Source: an uncultured bacterium
Lineage (GTDB): Bacteria; Patescibacteriota; Minisyncoccia; Phycocordibacterales; JAACPR01
Assembly (NCBI GenBank): GCA_937858275.1
Contig: CALLZK010000006.1
Span: forward strand, 13,389 to 77,388
Direction: 5' to 3'
Length of the DNA stretch: 64,000 bases
Both the position numbers and the translations under genes were made by a program. The number at the start of each line of letters is the position of its first letter. The first letter of the stretch is position 1. The notes under the pieces are model-generated. The model was not told the origin of the DNA and did not search any database. It saw nothing but the letters and a program-made list of their open reading frames with translations. Positions 58,133 to 64,000 of the stretch are shown in pieces.

Positions 58133-59671
58133 TTACTTTTCTTCTTTTGGTTTCAATAGTGGAAACAGCACAACATCTCTTAGATTTTTTTGTTCTGTCA
58201 AAAGTGCCACAATTCTTTCAATTCCCATTCCCCATCCAGAAATTGGAGGCATGCCATATTCCATGGCTTCAACATAATCATCATCTTTTGACATGGCCTC
58301 TTCATCTCCGGCTTCTTTGGCCTGCATCTGTTTTTCAAATCTTTCTTTTTGATCAACAGGATCAATTAACTCACTGTATGCATTAACAATTTCCCAACCA
58401 TTTATGACCAACTGAAATCTATCAACTATCAAATTATTTTGATTATTTTGTCTTGCCAAAGGTGACAAATCGAGTGGATGATTTGTTAGAAAAGTTGGAT
58501 TTATTAATTTTGGTCTAGAAACTTTTTTATACAAAGAGTCAATCAAGTTTCCTCGACCCAATTTTTCAATATCATCAATTTTGATATTTTTTTCTATAAT
58601 TACTTTTCTCAAATCTTCAACAGATTTGTATTGATCAATATCAATTCCACAATCAGAAATTAACAATTCTCTAAAAGAAACTTTTTTCCAAGGCAAAGAC
58701 AAATCAACTTCTATAAGTTCTTCGTCACGATTATAAGTTTTTATTTTTAAATCTTTTTTTAATTTTGATATTACAGTAGTAAGCATTTTTTCTGTAAAAT
58801 CCATATTGTCATGAAAATCCCAGTAGGCACAATAATGTTCTATCATATCAAATTCTTGCAAATGACTAGCATCCATGCCTTCATTTCTAAAAACCCTGGC
58901 AACTTCAAAAATTTTGTCAAAACCGCCGATAATGGCCTCTTTCAAAAAAATCTCTGGTGCAATTCTCAAATAAACATCTAAATCAAGAGCATTGTAATGA
59001 GTTTTGAATGGTTTAGCCAAAGCCCCAGAAGCAGAGTTTGATAAAACCGGTGTTTGAATTTCATCAAAACCATTTTCTTTGTAAAATTTTCTTATTTCCC
59101 AAATGAAATCAGATTTGAATTTGAATCTGTCGAAAGTTTCTCTATTGGAAATTAAATCTAAATATCTTTTGCGATATTTTGTTTCAACATCTTTTAGTCC
59201 GTGCCATTTTTCTGGAAGCGGTCGCAGAGCCTTGCTTAAAAAAGTAAAATTTTTTACCAAAATAGATTCTTCACCTTTTTGGGTTTTGTATCTTTTTCCC
59301 TCTACACCAACAAAATCGCCAATGTCAGTTATTTTGAAAAACTTTTTGTATTCTTCGGAATCAATTTCTCCACTTTTAAAAACTAATTGGATTTTACCAG
59401 AATGATCAATAATCTGACAAAAACCCATTTTTCCCATATTTCGAGATAGTACAATTCTGCCGGCAGTTTTGACATCAGAATCAATTTCAAGCGACAAACA
59501 ATCAGCAATAGTATGCTTTCTGTCATATTTGTCAGCATACGGATTTATACCCATTTGCTTGATTAGTTCTATTTTTTTCAATCTATCAGTTTTTTCTTCT
59601 CTGCCAGTTTTTGTATTTTGATTATTATCTTGTGTTTGCATATTATTTTGAATTATTTGATTATATAACAA
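58133..59671 (-). CDS. lysS: Lysine--tRNA ligase, class II
   Basis: Anticodon-binding OB fold, FRNEGMDASHLQEF (motif 2), GMGIERIVALL (motif 3). Confidence 0.9.
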   Translation of the reverse strand: MLYNQIIQNNMQTQDNNQNTKTGREEKTDRLKKIELIKQMGINPYADKYDRKHTIADCLSLEIDSDVKTAGRIVLSRNMGKMGFCQIIDHSGKIQLVFKSGEIDSEEYKKFFKITDIGDFVGVEGKRYKTQKGEESILVKNFTFLSKALRPLPEKWHGLKDVETKYRKRYLDLISNRETFDRFKFKSDFIWEIRKFYKENGFDEIQTPVLSNSASGALAKPFKTHYNALDLDVYLRIAPEIFLKEAIIGGFDKIFEVARVFRNEGMDASHLQEFDMIEHYCAYWDFHDNMDFTEKMLTTVISKLKKDLKIKTYNRDEELIEVDLSLPWKKVSFRELLISDCGIDIDQYKSVEDLRKVIIEKNIKIDDIEKLGRGNLIDSLYKKVSRPKLINPTFLTNHPLDLSPLARQNNQNNLIVDRFQLVINGWEIVNAYSELIDPVDQKERFEKQMQAKEAGDEEAMSKDDDYVEAMEYGMPPISGWGMGIERIVALLTEQKNLRDVVLFPLLKPKEEK

Positions 59672-59700
59672 AATTAACTTTTTTTAAAGTGAAGTAAATT

Positions 59701-61149
59701 TTAGTCTGAATTGTATGAATAATACACATTGTTCATCAAATGAGAAATAAAATTTCTAGTATCTTCTTCGGTATTTTCAGATTGCAATAAAATTATAACA
59801 ATATTTCTTTTAACAAATTCGCCAAGAGGAAGTTCAAAAATACTAATAAGAGTGTGTTTTGCTGCTGTTGTGTAGCCATTTTTACCACCCAAGAAATTTG
59901 GCTCGCTTTTGAAAGGGTGATTATTAAACCAAGTATTAACACCGTTTGAATGTTCTTTTTTTCTTGTTACATTAAAAATATATTTTTTATATTTGTATAT
60001 ATATTGTGTTAATTTAAACAAATCAAGACTTGTAGAAATATTATTTGGCGACAAACCGCTAGGATCTTCAAACGAAGTATCAAAAAGACTCACAGAAGAA
60101 GCTTTGCTGTTCATGTTTTTTATAAAAAAATCTCTACCAACAGATTCTGCTAAAACTTCTGCCGACACATTACTAGAACTTAAAAGCAACGGATACATCA
60201 AATCACCAATAACAATTCTTTGATTTAGTTGTAGATTATTTTTTGGATCATGAGTCTTTACCGCAACAGAACTGACAAAAGTATCACGATATTGATTTAT
60301 AGTTTCCAAAGAAATCAATGCCGACATTAATTTTGTAATTGAAGCAATTGGATAAATCACCTGCTTATCTAAAGAAAAAATTATTTCTCCGGAATCAATA
60401 TCGGCAACAACATAAGATTTTGCGGAAATATTTGGAAAATTAACCTGATTTTTTTTAACATAATTTCCTTTTTGAGATAAATTTATGGTTTCGGCAGTTG
60501 TTCCTAAAATTATAGTTTTTGTACCAAGATCTGCAAATTCATAAATTTCTTTAGCATCTTCGTTTGCAAGACGAATACAACCACCAGAATATCCAGGAGA
60601 CACAGGTGTACCATCGGGATAATATGGCCAGCCATGAATAAAATAATTACCAAAAAATTGCATACTATATGGCATCCAAACCAATCCTATAGATGAAAAA
60701 TGATTTGGTGTTTTGTGTAAAATTTTAAATGACCCCGGTGGTGTTTCCCATGCGGTGCCAGATCTTCCTTTTCCTAAAATTTTAAAATCTTTAATAACAG
60801 AACCATCTTGATATAAAAACAATTTCATACTTTCAAGATTTGCCGCAATGGCTTTACCCTCTTTTGGAATAGACAAATCTTCTGAAATCTTTATGGATTC
60901 AGAGTTTGGATTAGAATTTTTATTAGTAGGAAAATTTTCAATTAATTTTGTTTCGTCAAATAAAACTTTTGAATCAATTCCGCCAAGTTCAATTTGTGGT
61001 TCGGTATTTTTTTTATTTTCTGATATACCAAAATTACTTTTTTGTTTTACAAAATTATAAATTGTTTTTGATAAAAAAATTGTTGATTGAGCAAAGACCA
61101 ATCCCACAAACACGGCCATGCTCAAAGCAAGCAAAAATTTAAAATTCAT
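59701..61149 (-). CDS. Fusion protein: L,D-transpeptidase (YkuD) domain + PBP5-like D,D-carboxypeptidase (peptidase S11) domain
   Basis: HGWPY ... SGGCIRL (LDT His/Cys), then ASITKLM (SxxK), SSSN (SxN), KNGYT (KTG-like). Confidence 0.6.
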   Translation of the reverse strand: MNFKFLLALSMAVFVGLVFAQSTIFLSKTIYNFVKQKSNFGISENKKNTEPQIELGGIDSKVLFDETKLIENFPTNKNSNPNSESIKISEDLSIPKEGKAIAANLESMKLFLYQDGSVIKDFKILGKGRSGTAWETPPGSFKILHKTPNHFSSIGLVWMPYSMQFFGNYFIHGWPYYPDGTPVSPGYSGGCIRLANEDAKEIYEFADLGTKTIILGTTAETINLSQKGNYVKKNQVNFPNISAKSYVVADIDSGEIIFSLDKQVIYPIASITKLMSALISLETINQYRDTFVSSVAVKTHDPKNNLQLNQRIVIGDLMYPLLLSSSNVSAEVLAESVGRDFFIKNMNSKASSVSLFDTSFEDPSGLSPNNISTSLDLFKLTQYIYKYKKYIFNVTRKKEHSNGVNTWFNNHPFKSEPNFLGGKNGYTTAAKHTLISIFELPLGEFVKRNIVIILLQSENTEEDTRNFISHLMNNVYYSYNSD

Positions 61150-61248
61150 TAATTATATTTTAACACGATCACTAATAATAAAAAACTTGTTCAGATTACA
61201 AAAAAATTACAAAATTCATAAAAAATGCTATGATGCATAAAATACAAA

Positions 61249-61944
61249 ATGAACAAAGAAATAATAATAAAAATACAAAATTTAAAAAAAGAATTTGATG
61301 ACGGTTCTGAAAAATTAGTCATATTTGAAGATGCTAATCTCGAGATCTATAAAGGAGAAAAGGTGGCCATAATTGGCCCATCTGGTTCTGGAAAATCAAC
61401 ATTATTATCACTAATAGCTGGTATGGATAAACCCACATCGGGAGAAATAATTGTGGGAAATAAAAAAATACAAAATTTATCTGAAAATGAATTATCAAAA
61501 TATAGAAATCAAGAAATTTCCATGATATTTCAATCTTTTGAATTAATTGGCCCATTTACAGCAATCGAAAATATCATGGCTCCACTTGATATTAGAAATA
61601 CAAAAAATGCCAAAGAAAACAAAAGCATTGCTTGGGAATTGATTCAAAAAATAAAATTAGAAAAAAGAGAAAATCATTATCCAAACACTCTTTCTGGTGG
61701 AGAAAAACAAAGAGTCGCAATTGCCAGAGCATTATCGGCAAATACAGAGATAATTTTGGCAGATGAACCAACTGGTAGTTTGGACAGAAAAACTGGAGAA
61801 ATAGTTTTGGAATTATTGTTATCGGAAGTAAAAATTAGAAATAAAACACTTTTTGTAATAACACACGATACACAAATAGCCGAAAAAATGGATAGAATAT
61901 TTGAACTTAAAGATAAAAAATTATACGAAATAAAAAATGCTTAA
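61249..61944 (+). CDS. ABC transporter ATP-binding protein (LolD/MacB-type)
   Basis: GPSGSGKSTL, LSGGEKQRVAIARAL, ILADEPTGSLD. Confidence 0.85.
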   Translation: MNKEIIIKIQNLKKEFDDGSEKLVIFEDANLEIYKGEKVAIIGPSGSGKSTLLSLIAGMDKPTSGEIIVGNKKIQNLSENELSKYRNQEISMIFQSFELIGPFTAIENIMAPLDIRNTKNAKENKSIAWELIQKIKLEKRENHYPNTLSGGEKQRVAIARALSANTEIILADEPTGSLDRKTGEIVLELLLSEVKIRNKTLFVITHDTQIAEKMDRIFELKDKKLYEIKNA

Positions 61945-64000
61945 TACTGTTTTCAAATTTAGTTTTAGAATATTTTCAAGAGAATGGAAAAAATTTGTTT
62001 TACCATTTTTTTCTTTATCTTTAACTTTTATTATAATTTTGACTGTTTTTTTATTTACAAATTCTGCCAAAGAATTTCTTGATGAAAAAAATAGAGAATT
62101 AATTGGTGGAGATATTGCTCTGGAATTTAATTACGAACCGACAGAAGAAATTTTACAATCAATTTTTGAAAACAAAATTGAAATTGAAAAATTTTCAAAG
62201 CAATATAATTTTTCAAGCATAATTACAAAAAATAATTTTGACGGCCTAAGCACCTCTGTTTCCATTTCGGTAATAGATCAAAATTACCCTCTTTATGGAG
62301 AAATTTTAATAGAAAATGATACTTTTAGATTGCTTGGCAATGATGAAGTTTATATTGATGCAAAAATCGCCGAAAAACTAAGTGTGGGTGTGGGTGAGGA
62401 AATATTTTATGCCAACAAAAATTACACAGTGGCTGGTATTATAAAACAAGATCCGAGACAAATTTTTTCTGGTTTTAATTTTTTACCAAAAATATTTTTG
62501 AGTATGGAAGGATTTGAAAGGTCAGAAATATCTACCTCATTGCTTCGGGCCGAATATCGCTACAGCTACAAAATAAAAGATTTTGTTTTAAAAAATGATT
62601 TATTTGAAAAAATAATAGAAAAAACTCAACAATTTGGTGGACAAGCTGAAGTTTCTGGTATAACCAAAACTGGATTTATAAACGGATTATCAGTTGTTGA
62701 ACAATTTTTAATATTGATAATTTTGTTGTGTTGTCTTTTATCGGTAGTTAATGTGTATTCTGGAATTTTGTATTTGCTAAATATTTCAAAAAAGAATTTT
62801 GCAGTATTTTTATCACTTGGATTTAAGAAAAAAAATATAATATTGATAATATTCTTATCTTTAATGTATGTTCTTATTTTATCAATATTTTTTGGATTTA
62901 TAGTATCAATTTTGATTTTTGGTTTTTTAAGACAACAGACATTTTCTCTATATAATATAAATTTACCAGACATTAATATTGTAATCCCAACCACTATTAC
63001 AATTGCCATAGTTTTTGGTGTGGTATTGTCTTCTTTCATATCAAACTTAAAAAAATTATTATCTTTGAGTCCAAAGATTCTTCTGTCTGGAGATGAAAAA
63101 ATAGAAAAAAGAAAACTTTTATCTAATCTTTTGCTTACAACATTTGGAACAACAATTCCACTTTTTATTATTGCAATATTTTTGTTAAATAGTTTCAAAT
63201 ATGGAATTTTAAATATTGGCGGAATGGTTGTTTTGTATACCCTGGTCGCTACTATTTTTTATTTTATAAATCTTTTTATATACAAACACAGATACAAATT
63301 ACCTTTAACAATTAGGGTTATTTCGGCTCAAAAATTTTCTGACGGTTTATTTGGAATTATTTCTATTACATCAATATATATTGCCATGTTTTCTTTGTCT
63401 TTACTTTTATTAATACAATCAACTTTAATTGGTTTTTTAAGACAAGATCTTGGAACAAATTTGCCGACGGTTTATATTTTGGATATTCAAAAATCTCAAT
63501 TGGAAGAAATAGAAAAATATTCAGGTCAAATAGATTTTTTTCCAAATGTTGGAGCAAGAATAATTTCAATAGATGATTTGGAAATTCAAAAATCTTTATT
63601 ATCAGAAGATACATCAGTTAGTCGAGAACTTGGACGAGAATACAATCTAACATATAGAGCAAATTTGCTAGACACAGAAAAAATTATTGGGGGCAGATGG
63701 TTGTCTGGTATTGAAGGAGAAGTTTCTGTTGAAGCTGATTTTGCAAAAAGAGCAAATATAAATCTTGGTTCTAAAATTGTTTTATCAATACAAGGATTTA
63801 ATAAAAATTTTACAGTCACAAGCATAAGGCAAGTAGAATCACGGTCCGGTCTTCCCTTTTTCTTTTTTGTATTTAATCCACAAGATTTAGTCGATTTTCC
63901 AACTACTTTTTTTGGATATTCATATTTGAATGATACAGAAAAATCAGAACTTTTAAATTTTTTATCCACCAATTTTCCTAACATATCTGCCATAGATACA
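61937..64000 (+). CDS. Large FtsX-family ABC permease (partial, runs off the window end)
   Basis: ATG at 61937 overlapping the ATPase stop; hand-translated frame is open to 64000 with repeated TM/FtsX-like segments. It is absent from the ORF track only because no stop is reached. Confidence 0.65.
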   Translation, partial: MLNTVFKFSFRIFSREWKKFVLPFFSLSLTFIIILTVFLFTNSAKEFLDEKNRELIGGDIALEFNYEPTEEILQSIFENKIEIEKFSKQYNFSSIITKNNFDGLSTSVSISVIDQNYPLYGEILIENDTFRLLGNDEVYIDAKIAEKLSVGVGEEIFYANKNYTVAGIIKQDPRQIFSGFNFLPKIFLSMEGFERSEISTSLLRAEYRYSYKIKDFVLKNDLFEKIIEKTQQFGGQAEVSGITKTGFINGLSVVEQFLILIILLCCLLSVVNVYSGILYLLNISKKNFAVFLSLGFKKKNIILIIFLSLMYVLILSIFFGFIVSILIFGFLRQQTFSLYNINLPDINIVIPTTITIAIVFGVVLSSFISNLKKLLSLSPKILLSGDEKIEKRKLLSNLLLTTFGTTIPLFIIAIFLLNSFKYGILNIGGMVVLYTLVATIFYFINLFIYKHRYKLPLTIRVISAQKFSDGLFGIISITSIYIAMFSLSLLLLIQSTLIGFLRQDLGTNLPTVYILDIQKSQLEEIEKYSGQIDFFPNVGARIISIDDLEIQKSLLSEDTSVSRELGREYNLTYRANLLDTEKIIGGRWLSGIEGEVSVEADFAKRANINLGSKIVLSIQGFNKNFTVTSIRQVESRSGLPFFFFVFNPQDLVDFPTTFFGYSYLNDTEKSELLNFLSTNFPNISAIDT

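Noticed and set aside
1-64000. CRISPR arrays, rRNA genes, IS elements/transposases
   Set aside because: No regularly spaced direct repeats were found. There are no long G+C-rich structured stretches of rRNA size. No DDE/transposase-like ORFs or terminal inverted repeats were recognised.

Overview
The window is AT-rich bacterial chromosome. By eye G+C is well under 30% in most of it. Genes are densely packed and mostly on the minus strand. Gene content resembles a small-genome, Patescibacteria/CPR-like organism (inference).

Housekeeping genes that can be called with confidence:
- Cell shape and replication: mreB, a PriA-like primosomal protein.
- Translation-related: def-fmt, hpf, tRNA-Asn(GTT), cysS, lysS, rsmE.
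- Cell wall: murC-murD.
- Central metabolism: a phosphoketolase-acetate kinase operon, a zwf-gnd-SIS isomerase pentose-phosphate cluster with pgl elsewhere, guaC.
- Repair, lipid and transport: a class II CPD photolyase, cfa, two paralogous P-type ATPases flanking a LexA-like repressor, two MacB/FtsX-type ABC systems (one with an HlyD adaptor), an ABC-F ATPase.
- Signalling and other: a sensor histidine kinase, a SET-domain protein, a Cas4-like PD-(D/E)XK nuclease, a NUDIX hydrolase.

The most unusual region is about 5.49-12.6 kb, immediately 3' of tRNA-Asn. It holds about 13 small, functionally unrelated ORFs with heterogeneous G+C. Most are on the plus strand. They are punctuated by at least nine copies of a conserved ~30-35 nt element with a tRNA T-arm-like core, GGTTCGAAC...(C)ACTAGACGGAGCC, plus a D-arm-like pseudo-tRNA fragment. 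This looks like an integron-like or tRNA-attachment-site cassette array. No integrase is present in the window, and the repeats do not match canonical attC core sites.

A second pattern is five near-identical sigma70-type promoter modules, each followed by a strong Shine-Dalgarno sequence. Each sits in front of an ORF whose G+C is visibly higher than the flanks, at about 19.2, 23.7, 51.9, 52.85 and 56.2 kb. Two of these (52.85 and 56.2 kb) share a 31-nt promoter-operator element.

No rRNA genes or CRISPR arrays were found.
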